A DNA stretch of 64,000 nt from Bacteroidia bacterium. Lineage in GTDB: Bacteria > Bacteroidota > Bacteroidia > Cytophagales > Cyclobacteriaceae. This document shows, in pieces, positions 1 through 9,948 of this stretch. A model generated the notes under the pieces. The model was not told the origin of the DNA. It searched no databases and was given only the letters and a program-made list of their open reading frames with translations. Position 1 is the stretch's first letter; each line of letters starts with the position of its first letter. Location of the stretch: contig JANNAQ010000013.1 in assembly GCA_031384515.1 (NCBI GenBank), positions 40,495 to 104,494 on the forward strand, given 5' to 3'. The translations under genes and the position numbers were made by a program.

Positions 1-144
1 TTTCCAGTTGGTGCGGTTAAATCGAAAGAGATTACTGATAACCCTAAGTATACTCATGACTTGAATTACAGGGCATTAATTTTGTAAAACAAAATAGTTG
101 ACATCTTGCGATTAAAAAGATGTCAACTATTTTAAGCTTCTTAA

Positions 145-453
145 TCAACTCTTTCCTGCTGCTGCCTTGGTCGATTCCATTGAAATAGCTGACTTAGAAA
201 ATTTGATTCGGCCTCCGCGTTCTACTTCAAGAATAAAAGTATCACCTTCCATTTCTGCCACGCGGCCATGCATCCCACCTATTGTGATTACATAATCACC
301 TTTCTTTATTTCTTCGGTAAATTTCTTTTGGTCTTTTGCCTTTTTTTGTTGGGGGCGAATCATGAAAAAATAGAACACCACCACTACACCGATCAACGGC
401 AAATACTGAATTAGGGAAGCCATCCCGTTCGCTTGTGCTAAAATTGGTTGCAT
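145..453 (-). CDS. yajC: Preprotein translocase subunit YajC
   Basis: Single TM followed by FFMIRPQQKK and IKKGDYVITIGGMHG motifs typical of YajC. Confidence 0.95.
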   Translation of the reverse strand: MQPILAQANGMASLIQYLPLIGVVVVFYFFMIRPQQKKAKDQKKFTEEIKKGDYVITIGGMHGRVAEMEGDTFILEVERGGRIKFSKSAISMESTKAAAGKS

Positions 454-485
454 AATTTAATTTTTAGGACAGCAAGTTATCCTAT

Positions 486-523
486 AAAAAGAAACATCCC
501 AAACCGCCATGGCTTGGGATGTT
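486..523 (-). terminator. Intrinsic terminator-like hairpin downstream of the DUF1573 gene
   Basis: Perfect 10-bp stem AACATCCCAA(493-502)/TTGGGATGTT(514-523) with an A-tract on the left (U-tract on the minus strand). Confidence 0.6.
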
Positions 524-549
524 AATCGAATATTAACTTATGGGTTGAT

Positions 550-1101
550 CTACTGCACAGGTCCGTTTGCACCATCTGGTTTTGGTGTAACCATTGCCTT
601 GAAACGAAGGGTAGTGGTTTTGGGCCAGGTATTAGAAGTTACCGTGATAGTCTTGTTTTGAATGTTGGTTTTTCCGTTCGTGTCAAACTCAGCTTTTACA
701 AAGCCACTACCGCCTACTGGAATTGGTTCTTTTGACCATTCGGGTACTGTACATCCACATGATGGTTGCGCGTTTTGAATAATTAAAGGAGCCACGCCAG
801 TATTTTTGAATTTGTACGTGTAGCTCACTTTCTGACCCTCTTTCACAGTTCCAAAATCGTGGTCAACTTTTTCAAATTCCAGAATTGGTAACGGTCCTTC
901 TGGTTTCTCATCAGCAACTGGAGTAGTTTCTGCTACCGGAGAAGTTGTTGGTGTTGAAGTGGTTTTGTTTCCTTCAATCTGGGACAAACGACTCTCAAGT
1001 TCGGCTATCCTTTTCTCTGCGGCTTTGTCTCTGCAGCTTGTAAGAACAGCGACAAGAGCAAAAATCATTGTTAAGCGAATTACATTTTTCATATTCATCA
1101 C
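550..1101 (-). CDS. DUF1573 (Ig-like) lipoprotein
   Basis: Lipobox LTSC; HDFGTV...FKNTG.APLII..AQPSCGCTVPEW signature; usual nusB-ytxH-DUF1573-yajC context. Confidence 0.9.
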   Translation of the reverse strand: MMNMKNVIRLTMIFALVAVLTSCRDKAAEKRIAELESRLSQIEGNKTTSTPTTSPVAETTPVADEKPEGPLPILEFEKVDHDFGTVKEGQKVSYTYKFKNTGVAPLIIQNAQPSCGCTVPEWSKEPIPVGGSGFVKAEFDTNGKTNIQNKTITVTSNTWPKTTTLRFKAMVTPKPDGANGPVQ

Positions 1102-1191
1102 GTTTTCTGTCTTTTTATATAGATATGGTAATTTTCAAAATTATGATCCGAGCGTTCAAAAATCAATACCCTTCGGTCGATTAACAATTCT

Positions 1192-1500
1192 TTAACTATT
1201 CTTAGAACCGCGAATCTGAGCTAATAATTCATCAACATCCTCAAGCAGACGCTCTGCTTTATTTTTAGCCTCAGAAGCCACTTTGTTACCTTGTGATTTG
1301 GCCTGAGTAGTAAGTGGTGTCTCTTTGCCAGACACTAAGTCATTCACAAAATCCTCAAGGGTTTTTTTGTATTTATCCAACTTGAAAGAGAGCTTTTCAC
1401 GCGTATTAGAGCCCTTGTCGGGAGCATACAAGATACCCAGGATTGCACCAGCGGCAGCACCAGCCAAAAAAGCGATTAGTGTATTTCCTTTTTTACTCAT
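1192..1500 (-). CDS. YtxH domain protein
   Basis: FLAGAAAGAILGILYAPDKGSNTREKL motif. Confidence 0.9.
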   Translation of the reverse strand: MSKKGNTLIAFLAGAAAGAILGILYAPDKGSNTREKLSFKLDKYKKTLEDFVNDLVSGKETPLTTQAKSQGNKVASEAKNKAERLLEDVDELLAQIRGSKNS

Positions 1501-1560
1501 AGGTCGGGTTATTTTTTTATCAGGATCACAAAGATAAGTAGACGGTTGCGGACGGCAAAA

Positions 1561-2688
1561 CTACTTATTATCGATGAGGCCGCGTCCACTTTTCTTCAAT
1601 GCTCCTGATGATTTTAGTTCCTTGGAAAGAACATCCAAAATGCCATTGATAAACTGTCGGCTTTTTGGGGTACTGTATTCTTTCGCGAGTTCGATGTACT
1701 CGTTTATACTCACTTTAACAGGAATGCCGGGGAAGGTAATAAGTTCTGCCATGGCCATCTCAATGATAATCAAGTCGGTCAAAGGCAATCGATCCACCTC
1801 CCAATTACGTGTGTTTTTTGCAATTAGCTGTTTATGTTCGGGATCGAGTTGAACGGAAGCCTCGAACAATCGCTGTATAAAATCCTTGTCGTCCTCCCAA
1901 TCCAGTGTCAATTTTTGGAGCTCTATTTTTCCGGTGGTTTGATCAAAAGATTTGATGGTTTTATCTACCAGGCTTTTTAAAATATCTTTATCCTCTGCCC
2001 ACCGCATCACATCTTCTTCATATTGATCATGAATAGGACTTTTACTTAAAATCAGTTTCCTGACAATATGTTTTATAATAGCCTTTTGTGACTCAATATC
2101 AGGAGTTTTTTCTTCGTTGAATTTTTGAAACAAGACATCTGATTTGATCACATCTTTAAACCAACCACGAACTTTCTCCATGCTCTCGTTCCAACTCCCT
2201 CCTTTTAGAAGTTCTTTTTTTAACTCAGCATTATTTGCGAGCGCTTTGATCCAGGCATTATTACTGAAATTTTTATGATTGACTTTCTTATCACTTTCGG
2301 CCACTTCACTAAAGGCAATGAGTAAACCAAGTACAGAGTGATAGAGGTTGTTGAGGGCTTCCACTTCCAACAGCATGTTTTTCTGAAGGTAGTTATAGTC
2401 CCTTTTAACATTTTTGTTGTAAAGCGCCAGAGCCTCGTCTGCTTTTTTGTTGATTATTAGTTCCGCGTCTAATGTCTCTGGCTTCTTAAATTTCTTTTCG
2501 AAAAGCTGACGGGTTGCCTTGCGCTGACTAGCAATTAACTCTTTGTCCTGAACTTCCATTGAATTGAGGTCAGGTTGGAAGTGATCATCAATATAATCCT
2601 GAGAGAGAAGGTGATTCGCTTGTTTACATTGTTCGAACGCAAACAAAGTTTGCATGATTTTGATTCTAAGTGTGCGTCTGTTCAACAT
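1561..2688 (-). CDS. nusB: Transcription antitermination factor NusB (Bacteroidota long form)
   Basis: N-terminal RRTLRIKIMQTLFA; C-terminal DRLPLTD...PVKVSINEYIELAKEYSTPKSRQFINGILD. Confidence 0.95.
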   Translation of the reverse strand: MLNRRTLRIKIMQTLFAFEQCKQANHLLSQDYIDDHFQPDLNSMEVQDKELIASQRKATRQLFEKKFKKPETLDAELIINKKADEALALYNKNVKRDYNYLQKNMLLEVEALNNLYHSVLGLLIAFSEVAESDKKVNHKNFSNNAWIKALANNAELKKELLKGGSWNESMEKVRGWFKDVIKSDVLFQKFNEEKTPDIESQKAIIKHIVRKLILSKSPIHDQYEEDVMRWAEDKDILKSLVDKTIKSFDQTTGKIELQKLTLDWEDDKDFIQRLFEASVQLDPEHKQLIAKNTRNWEVDRLPLTDLIIIEMAMAELITFPGIPVKVSINEYIELAKEYSTPKSRQFINGILDVLSKELKSSGALKKSGRGLIDNK

Positions 2689-2708
2689 AAATCAAAGAAC
2701 GTTTAAAG

Positions 2709-3138
2709 TTGCCACAGATTCACAGATTATAGAATAACTCTCTTTGTGGCAAGAGAATTTTCTCCAAAATTGATAATTAAACCTAAAGAACATTTAGAAA
2801 TAGCCAAATAATTTATTACCCAGCTATAATGTTCATCTATAATGCCTTTCTGGGATTTGATTTCTAAAATTATTTCATCAAACACAACGAAATCTGCGAA
2901 GAAGTAATGCGGTAGAGTAATCCCCTTGTATTCAACTTCGTATTTCTTCTCGCGCTCAAAAGGAATTCCTTTGTTTTTGAATTCATACTCAATAGCATCT
3001 TTATAAACTATTTCTAGCAATCCTTTTCCCAAAATACGATGAACCTCCATGCAAATTCCAATGATCTGATAGCTTTCCTTTTGCGGGGGATATTCTTTTT
3101 CAGAATATTTCATAGGCTAATCAGTGAATCTGTGGCAA
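2709..3138. repeat. 21-bp inverted repeat pair flanking the GxxExxY gene
   Basis: TTGCCACAGATTCACAGATTA (2709-2729) vs TAATCAGTGAATCTGTGGCAA (3118-3138); 20/21 complementary. Confidence 0.9.
2727..3113 (-). CDS. GxxExxY protein (PD-(D/E)XK nuclease-like)
   Basis: GKGLLEIVYKDA motif, ADFVV...ILEIK, NYLAISKCSLGLIINFG. Confidence 0.93.
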   Translation of the reverse strand: MKYSEKEYPPQKESYQIIGICMEVHRILGKGLLEIVYKDAIEYEFKNKGIPFEREKKYEVEYKGITLPHYFFADFVVFDEIILEIKSQKGIIDEHYSWVINYLAISKCSLGLIINFGENSLATKRVIL

Positions 3139-3144
3139 TTTATC

Positions 3145-5958
3145 CTATCGACTGAGATACAAATTTCGCTCAGCGTATATATTCATAAAGTAATCATCCA
3201 TCAAGTCATCAATAAAGTAGATGGCTTCTCCTGTTGATTTCATTTCTGGACCGAGCTCTTTATTTACCTCAGGAAATTTGCTGAAAGAGAACACCGGTAC
3301 CTTAATAGCGTACCCGTGTTTCTTTGGGTTGAAATTGAAATCCTTTACCTTCTTTTCTCCCAGCATTACCTTGGTGGCCGCATTTACATAGGCCTCATCA
3401 TACGCTTTGCATATGAAAGGAACAGTACGTGAAGCCCGGGGATTTGCTTCAATTATATATACCTTATCATGTTTGATCGCAAACTGAATATTGATCAAGC
3501 CAACTGTCTTAAGGGCTATCGCAATTCTCTTGGTGTAGCTTTCAATTTGCTTCATCACAAGATCGCCTAAATTGTAGGGAGGAAGCACGGCATATGAATC
3601 GCCAGAGTGGATACCGGCAGGCTCAATATGTTGCATCACACCAATGATGTAAACATCTTCTCCATCGCAGATTGCATCTGCTTCTGCTTCTATTGCGCCA
3701 TCCAGAAAATTGTCCAGTAAGACCTTGTTCTCGGGAAGGTGTTTCCAAATATCGAGTATGTGATCTTCCAGTTCTTTTTCATTAATCACAATCTTCATGC
3801 TTTGACCACCCAACACATAGGATGGCCGAACCAGTAGAGGGAATCCGATAGTCTTTGAGACCTCGAGCGCCTCATCAGCATCTGTGGCTACGCCAAATTC
3901 CGGATAAGGAATTCCCATTTCCTTTAGCAGGCTGGAAAAGCTTCCTCTGTCTTCAGCAAGGTCAAGCGCTTCATACGAAGTGCCCAATATTTTCACTCCA
4001 TATTTTTGAAGTTTTTCAGCAAGCTTCAATGCCGTCTGGCCGCCTAATTGAACAATTACACCTTCGGGTTTTTCATGTTGAATGATGTCCCATAGATGCT
4101 CCCAGAAAACAGGTTCAAAATATAATTTATCGGCAATATCAAAATCGGTTGAAACAGTTTCGGGGTTACAATTAATCATGATGGCTTCATAACCGCATTC
4201 TTTAGCCGCAAGAATTCCATGAACACATGAGTAATCAAATTCGATTCCCTGACCTATTCTGTTTGGACCAGAGCCAAGTACAATCACTTTCTTTTTAGTA
4301 GAAGAAATGGATTCGTTTTCCGTATCAAAAGTAGAGTAATAATAGGCCGTCTTAGCTTCAAATTCTGCTGCGCAAGTATCCACCATTTTATAGACGCGAT
4401 TGATACCCATTTCTCTGCGCTTTAAATGGACTTCGCTTTCTTTGCAATCTAATAGATGAGCTATCTGCCGATCGGCATAGCCTTTTTCTTTGGCTATACG
4501 CATCAATTCCTTCGGAAGAGTATCAAGATCGTATTTTTCAATCTCCTTCTCGGTTTCAATCAAATTCCAAATCTGCTCCAAAAACCATTTGTCAATTTTA
4601 GTTAGGTTCTGAATCGTCTTCATGGAAATGCCCAACTTCATAGCATCGTAGATGTGGAATAATCTATTCCAGCTCGGATGCTCTAGGCTATAGAGTAAGT
4701 CCGCTTGCTTTGTCAATTCTTTACCGTCCGCACCAAGGCCATTCCTTCTGATCTCAAGAGATTGACAAGCTTTTTGCAACGCTTCTTGAAAATTTCTTCC
4801 TATACCCATTACTTCGCCTACCGACTTCATTTGAAGTCCAAGTCTTCGATCGGCACCATGAAACTTATCAAAATTCCAGCGTGGGATTTTGACAATTACA
4901 TAATCAAGAGCAGGTTCGAAATAGGCAGTGGTGGTTCCCGTGATTGAGTTTTTTAATTCATCAAGATTGTAGCCGATGGCAAGTTTGGCCGCTACTTTGG
5001 CGATAGGATATCCTGTTGCTTTGGAGGCAAGTGCTGAAGAACGCGATACACGAGGATTAACTTCAATGGCAATGATATCATCCGTGTCAGGATCAACTGA
5101 GAATTGAACGTTGCATCCCCCTGCAAATTTGCCAATACCGTTCATAATCTTGATGGCCATATCACGCATTTTTTGGTATACGGTATCGGATAAGGTCATG
5201 GCAGGTGCAACCGTGATGGAATCACCTGTATGAATACCCATGGGGTCAAAGTTCTCAATGGAACAGACAATGATTACGTTTCCAACCCCATCGCGCAATA
5301 ATTCCAACTCATATTCTTTCCATCCTTTAATGCTTTTCTCTACCAACACCTCGTGGATCGGTGATGCATGGAGGCCACGGTTCAAAGCTTCATCAAATTC
5401 ATCTGCCTTTTCTACAAATCCGCCTCCGGTACCACCCAACGTATACGATGGCCTGATCACCAATGGAAATCCGATTTCCTGGGCAATTTCCTTCCCTTGC
5501 AAAAAGGAAGTGGCAGTTGATCCCTTACAAACGCCAATATTCAACTCCAGCATTTTCAAGCGAAACTTTTCACGATCTTCTGTCGTCTCAATCGCTTTGA
5601 TATCGACACCAATAATTTTGACTCCATAATGCTCCCAGATGCCAGCTTTTTCGCAGTCAATACAGAGATTTAATGCTGTTTGGCCACCCATGGTTGGTAA
5701 TACAGCGTCAATATGATGTTTTTCTAAAATTTCGCGGATATATTTCTTCTCTAACGGTTTGAGATAAACGTGATCTGCCGTCACCTTATCTGTCATGATA
5801 GTGGCCGGGTTGGAGTTGATTAGAATTACCTCAATGCCCTCTTCGCGCAGTGATCGGGAAGCTTGGGAGCCAGCATAATCAAATTCGCAGGCTTGACCAA
5901 TAATGATTGGGCCACTTCCGATAATAAGTATTGAACGAATGCTGCGATCTCTTGGCAT
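3145..5958 (-). CDS. carB: Carbamoyl-phosphate synthase large subunit (no C-terminal MGS domain)
   Basis: GSGPIIIGQACEFDYAG start, two ATP-grasp halves, GSGPNRIGQGIEFDY; ends shortly after EMKSTGE. Confidence 0.97.
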   Translation of the reverse strand: MPRDRSIRSILIIGSGPIIIGQACEFDYAGSQASRSLREEGIEVILINSNPATIMTDKVTADHVYLKPLEKKYIREILEKHHIDAVLPTMGGQTALNLCIDCEKAGIWEHYGVKIIGVDIKAIETTEDREKFRLKMLELNIGVCKGSTATSFLQGKEIAQEIGFPLVIRPSYTLGGTGGGFVEKADEFDEALNRGLHASPIHEVLVEKSIKGWKEYELELLRDGVGNVIIVCSIENFDPMGIHTGDSITVAPAMTLSDTVYQKMRDMAIKIMNGIGKFAGGCNVQFSVDPDTDDIIAIEVNPRVSRSSALASKATGYPIAKVAAKLAIGYNLDELKNSITGTTTAYFEPALDYVIVKIPRWNFDKFHGADRRLGLQMKSVGEVMGIGRNFQEALQKACQSLEIRRNGLGADGKELTKQADLLYSLEHPSWNRLFHIYDAMKLGISMKTIQNLTKIDKWFLEQIWNLIETEKEIEKYDLDTLPKELMRIAKEKGYADRQIAHLLDCKESEVHLKRREMGINRVYKMVDTCAAEFEAKTAYYYSTFDTENESISSTKKKVIVLGSGPNRIGQGIEFDYSCVHGILAAKECGYEAIMINCNPETVSTDFDIADKLYFEPVFWEHLWDIIQHEKPEGVIVQLGGQTALKLAEKLQKYGVKILGTSYEALDLAEDRGSFSSLLKEMGIPYPEFGVATDADEALEVSKTIGFPLLVRPSYVLGGQSMKIVINEKELEDHILDIWKHLPENKVLLDNFLDGAIEAEADAICDGEDVYIIGVMQHIEPAGIHSGDSYAVLPPYNLGDLVMKQIESYTKRIAIALKTVGLINIQFAIKHDKVYIIEANPRASRTVPFICKAYDEAYVNAATKVMLGEKKVKDFNFNPKKHGYAIKVPVFSFSKFPEVNKELGPEMKSTGEAIYFIDDLMDDYFMNIYAERNLYLSR

Positions 5959-5983
5959 AGTAGAAGGGTATAGATAAATCGGG

Positions 5984-5991
5984 CAAAAATA
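5984..5991 (-). promoter_or_regulatory. Bacteroidota -7 promoter element for carB
   Basis: TATTTTTG on the minus strand matches TAnnTTTG, 25 bp upstream of the ATG. Confidence 0.6.
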
Positions 5992-6131
5992 ATCAGGTTT
6001 TCAGGATTAATAGGGTAAGTGGATATTTTTATTCGAGAATTTTTTTGCCTTAGAGAGTCACTAATCCCTTGATACAAGTGAAATCGTTTTCTGGTAGAGA
6101 TCAACTCAAATGAAGTTGATCTTCTTGGACC

Positions 6132-7376
6132 CTATTTCAATTTTGCCACCTCAATAACTTTATTCCAAACTCTCCAGGTGTTGAGGTAGCATATCTTTTC
6201 GATCTCACTTTCGGAGTAACCCCGTTTCAACAGGACATACATCAAATTTGGAAAGGCAGAAGCATCTTCAAGACCTGTTGGTACTTCACCTTCAACACCA
6301 TCAAAGTCGGAGCCAATACCAACATGATCAATGCCTGCAATCTTTACTACGTGATCAATGTGGTTAGCCACCATTTCAATATCTGACCTTAACGATGGGT
6401 TGTCTTTTTTGAACTGCGCGATAACAGGTTTGGCAAGGTTATCCGTAATGTTTAATCCTTTTTCGGCTAACAGTGCAATTAACTTTTTGCGATTGATTTT
6501 ATTCTGGTTCACTACAGCAGAATCCAAAAAAGGATTGTAAAAGTTTATCATCATCACGCCTCCGTTTTCTCCCAGCTTTTTAATCATATCATCTGTCATA
6601 TTGCGCTTAACTGTAGGCGAGAAGGCACGGCAGGAAGAATGAGACGCGATGCAGGGAACCTTGGTAAGCTTCATTACCTGATAAAATGTACTGTCATCCA
6701 CATGCGAAATGTCCACCATTATCCCAACGCGATTCATTTCTGTGATCACGTTTACTCCATAGGGACTAAGCCCGTTCCAGGTATCCGTGGTATCCCCAGA
6801 CGAGTCACAAATCTGATTGTCTTTAGTATGAGTTAACGTGATGTATCGTATGCCACGATCAAAGAAATATTGAATATTCTTCAAATCATTTCCAATGGGA
6901 GCTCCATTCTCCATTCCCATAGGCAACGAAATTTTCCCTGATTTAAAGTTGGCTTCCGCTTCGGAGGGAGTATTTGCTAAACTAAATTTGTCAGGAAATA
7001 ATATTGGCATGGCCAATACATTATTAATCAACGAATCAGCAAACGCTTTCCCCATATCCTTTTGCTTCTGATAGCCAGCTGGAATATAAATAGACATAAA
7101 GGGAGCGGTATGGCCTCCTTTTTTGGCTCGCTCATAATCAAATTCACCTCCGGGGTCAGAGATGACTATTGATTTTGTTTCTTCTGTTAGTACAATTTTC
7201 TTTTCCTTAAGCCTTTCGGGAAAATCAACATGGCCATCGGCAATTATAAATTTATGAGCTAATTCATTTGCGTAAGAACGAAGCTCTTCATCGCTCAATT
7301 TTTCGATAGATTTCTTTTCTGTGCAGTTGAATAATAAAACCGTCACAAGACATAAAAGTGAAGAAGTTAATTTCAT
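6132..7376 (-). CDS. Membrane dipeptidase (peptidase M19), lipoprotein
   Basis: DGHVD, MVDISH, ASHSS, DHVGIGSDFDG motifs; probable start MKLTSS at 7376 with lipobox LFNC. Confidence 0.9.
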   Translation of the reverse strand: MKLTSSLLCLVTVLLFNCTEKKSIEKLSDEELRSYANELAHKFIIADGHVDFPERLKEKKIVLTEETKSIVISDPGGEFDYERAKKGGHTAPFMSIYIPAGYQKQKDMGKAFADSLINNVLAMPILFPDKFSLANTPSEAEANFKSGKISLPMGMENGAPIGNDLKNIQYFFDRGIRYITLTHTKDNQICDSSGDTTDTWNGLSPYGVNVITEMNRVGIMVDISHVDDSTFYQVMKLTKVPCIASHSSCRAFSPTVKRNMTDDMIKKLGENGGVMMINFYNPFLDSAVVNQNKINRKKLIALLAEKGLNITDNLAKPVIAQFKKDNPSLRSDIEMVANHIDHVVKIAGIDHVGIGSDFDGVEGEVPTGLEDASAFPNLMYVLLKRGYSESEIEKICYLNTWRVWNKVIEVAKLK

Positions 7377-7605
7377 TTGGTTTAGGGATAGCTTTATCTT
7401 GGAAAGATAATAGGAAAACGAGAATAAATTCCACTGGTCATCCAACCTTGTAAATGAATGGACGCAGGACAAATAAGGTTTCGAAATGGCGCTTGTGAAA
7501 GAATGTGAACCAATATGAGTATTGGACAGGTCAAGATTTTAATTTGAATTTCCTGCTTAGTAAAAAAAATTGTAAATCGTACTTCTATTAAGGCATCGTA
7601 GCAGC

Positions 7606-8451
7606 ATGATTATAATTGCAGACAGCGGAGGTTCAAAAATTGACTGGCGTATTTTACATGCAGATGGTAGCATTGGTCAGGCTAACTGCCCAGGCTTTAA
7701 TCCATATTATCAGCCGATTGAAGACCTAAAGAAGAATGTGGCAGAGTTTCTTGTGCCACAGGTAAAAGGAGAAGTTGATAAGATTTTTTATTATGGCTCC
7801 GGAGTTTCATCCGAAAAAAATCAAGCGGTTATCAAGAATGCGTTCAAAGAGTTTTTTCCAACTGCACAGATTGAAATAGAGTGGGACTTATTGGCCGCTG
7901 CGCGCGCATTATGTGGAAATGAGCCAGGTATCGCCTGCATACTTGGCACAGGCTCCAACTCGTGTTTTTATGATGGCGAAAAAATAACGGGTATGGTCGC
8001 TAACCTGGGCTGGATATTGGCCGATGAAGGATCGGGCACTTATATCGGAAAGAGAATAGTATTTGACTATTTGCGAAAGAGGATGCCAGAGGAATTAGCG
8101 AAGCAATTCCATGCACGCTTTCCGATGACACGGGAAGAATTTTTAGAGAAAGTTTATCAGCAGGAAAGGCCAAGTGCATTTCTGGCGGGTTTTACCAAAT
8201 TTATTTTCCAGCATTTGAAGGAGCCGTATTGCTATAAACTTATCTACGATTGTTTTTCTGATTTCTATGAAGAGGTGGTGATGCGATATGAAGGCTACAA
8301 AAATTACAAAGTGCATTTCACCGGTTCAGTTAGTTTTTATTTCAGCGATATCTTACGACAAGTGGCCAACGATAAAGGCATTACCGTAAAAAATATTTTG
8401 GAAGGACCGATTGCCGGTTTAGCGTTATATCATAAGAAAGATTTGAAGTAG
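7606..8451 (+). CDS. BadF/BadG-type N-acetylglucosamine kinase-like ATPase
   Basis: IIADSGGSKIDW, ACILGTGSNSC, DEGSG motifs; upstream of murQ. Confidence 0.88.
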   Translation: MIIIADSGGSKIDWRILHADGSIGQANCPGFNPYYQPIEDLKKNVAEFLVPQVKGEVDKIFYYGSGVSSEKNQAVIKNAFKEFFPTAQIEIEWDLLAAARALCGNEPGIACILGTGSNSCFYDGEKITGMVANLGWILADEGSGTYIGKRIVFDYLRKRMPEELAKQFHARFPMTREEFLEKVYQQERPSAFLAGFTKFIFQHLKEPYCYKLIYDCFSDFYEEVVMRYEGYKNYKVHFTGSVSFYFSDILRQVANDKGITVKNILEGPIAGLALYHKKDLK

Positions 8452-8513
8452 CTAAAGGAGAGGCCATTTCCTTCGAGATGACCTTTCTCTAAATAGCCTA
8501 GACAAAATAGCCA

Positions 8514-9314
8514 TTGACAACAACCGAATCATCATCGCACTACAATCATCTTGAACAGATGAGTATTCATGATTTGCTCTCGAATATTAATCGAGAAGAT
8601 AAAGCTGTTCCTCTTGCTGTTGAAAAGGTAATCCCAAGAATTGAATCATTAGTCGAAGCCATTGTTGAGCGCATGCAAAACGGAGGTCGCCTGTTTTATA
8701 TTGGAGCCGGCACCAGCGGTCGACTTGGAGTATTAGATGCTTCTGAAATTCCTCCTACCTATGGGATGCCACAAGGAAAGGTAATTGGTTTGATTGCCGG
8801 TGGCGACAAAGCCATTCGCAAAGCAGTTGAACATGCGGAAGATGATTCCGAGCAGGCGTGGAAAGATTTAGAAGAACACATGATCAATCAAAATGATGTA
8901 TTGATTGGCATTGCTGCTTCTGGAAGGACACCTTATGTGATTGGAGGAGTTAAGCAAGCGCGCTCCCACGGTATTATTACAGGCTGTATTACTTGTAATG
9001 AAGGAAGTGTGCTGGCCAAAAATGTAGATTACCCGATCGAAGTGGTGGTTGGGCCTGAGTTTGTTACCGGGAGCACTCGAATGAAATCAGGCACTGCCCA
9101 AAAGCTTGTTTTGAATATGATATCCACTACTGCCATGATCAAGTTAGGAAGGGTGAAAGGAAATAAGATGGTGGATATGCAATTGACTAACATCAAACTT
9201 GTTGGCCGTGGTGTTAGGATGATCATGGAGGAATTGAATGTTTCGGAAGGAGAAGCAGACCAATTGCTCAAACAATTTGGTAGCGTACGGAAAGCTGTTG
9301 ACAGCAGAAAGTAG
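8514..9314 (+). CDS. murQ: N-acetylmuramic acid 6-phosphate etherase
   Basis: GAGTSGRLGVLDASEIPPTY, GPEFVTGSTRMKSGTAQKLVLNM; TTG start. Confidence 0.96.
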   Translation: MTTTESSSHYNHLEQMSIHDLLSNINREDKAVPLAVEKVIPRIESLVEAIVERMQNGGRLFYIGAGTSGRLGVLDASEIPPTYGMPQGKVIGLIAGGDKAIRKAVEHAEDDSEQAWKDLEEHMINQNDVLIGIAASGRTPYVIGGVKQARSHGIITGCITCNEGSVLAKNVDYPIEVVVGPEFVTGSTRMKSGTAQKLVLNMISTTAMIKLGRVKGNKMVDMQLTNIKLVGRGVRMIMEELNVSEGEADQLLKQFGSVRKAVDSRK

Positions 9315-9316
9315 AC

Positions 9317-9889
9317 ATGCATCAGGTCGAGCCTTATGGGAATTGGCTTAAGTATTATGATTCTTCGGAGGATAGTCAATCACCATTCTTCGGTAAGGAA
9401 TATAACTACGATCTCTACACCGAAACCATTTACGGATACTACATCGACCCTGCTTGGGATTCATTTGGATCCGAAACGCTCTATATTAAAACCCTTTACG
9501 CGGATTATGCTGATGGGTATGTAGTTCTTGAATTCATTGGCGAGTGGAATGATACCATTAACAACGACATCATGACCTTGAAGCGGGATTTTCTGGAAAT
9601 GCTTATGCATGAGGGCATCCGCAAGTTCATATTGATTGGGGAGAACGTTTTTAATTTTCATGGATCTGATGAGTTGTACTACGAAGAGTGGTTTGAAGAA
9701 GTAGAGGATGGAGGTGGGTGGATTGCAGCAGTATGTTTTCCTGAATTCATCCAACAAGAACTTCGAAAGTACCGGATCGATCAATATGTGAATATGGGTG
9801 GAACTCTTCAGATTGATCAGTGGAGGACTTTGCATCCTGCCAAATTTTGTGAAGCAGTTGATCAGTTGATTCAACGAAGATTGAACTAA
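9317..9889 (+). CDS. Hypothetical protein with a possible STAS-like C-terminal domain
   Basis: 190-aa ORF 2 bp after murQ; pattern VVLEFIGEW...LMHEGIRKFILIGENVFNFHGSD resembles STAS. Confidence 0.75.
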   Translation: MHQVEPYGNWLKYYDSSEDSQSPFFGKEYNYDLYTETIYGYYIDPAWDSFGSETLYIKTLYADYADGYVVLEFIGEWNDTINNDIMTLKRDFLEMLMHEGIRKFILIGENVFNFHGSDELYYEEWFEEVEDGGGWIAAVCFPEFIQQELRKYRIDQYVNMGGTLQIDQWRTLHPAKFCEAVDQLIQRRLN

Positions 9890-9892
9890 CTA

Positions 9893-9944
9893 GTAATCAG
9901 TTATGGGTAATCAGTAGGGGCATCGATTACTTTTAACCAATTAC
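9893..9944. repeat. Imperfect inverted repeat between convergent genes
   Basis: GTAATCAGTTATGGGTAATC (9893-9912) vs GATTACTTTTAACCAATTAC (9925-9944), 15/20 complementary. Confidence 0.55.
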
Positions 9945-9948
9945 CAAT

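Noticed and set aside
1561-2688. Unusually long NusB as a novel fusion
   Set aside because: An extended N-terminal region is common in Bacteroidota NusB.
6098-6122. 9-bp perfect hairpin AGATCAACT/AGTTGATCT as an intrinsic terminator
   Set aside because: No adjacent U-tract on the dipeptidase strand; function cannot be supported.
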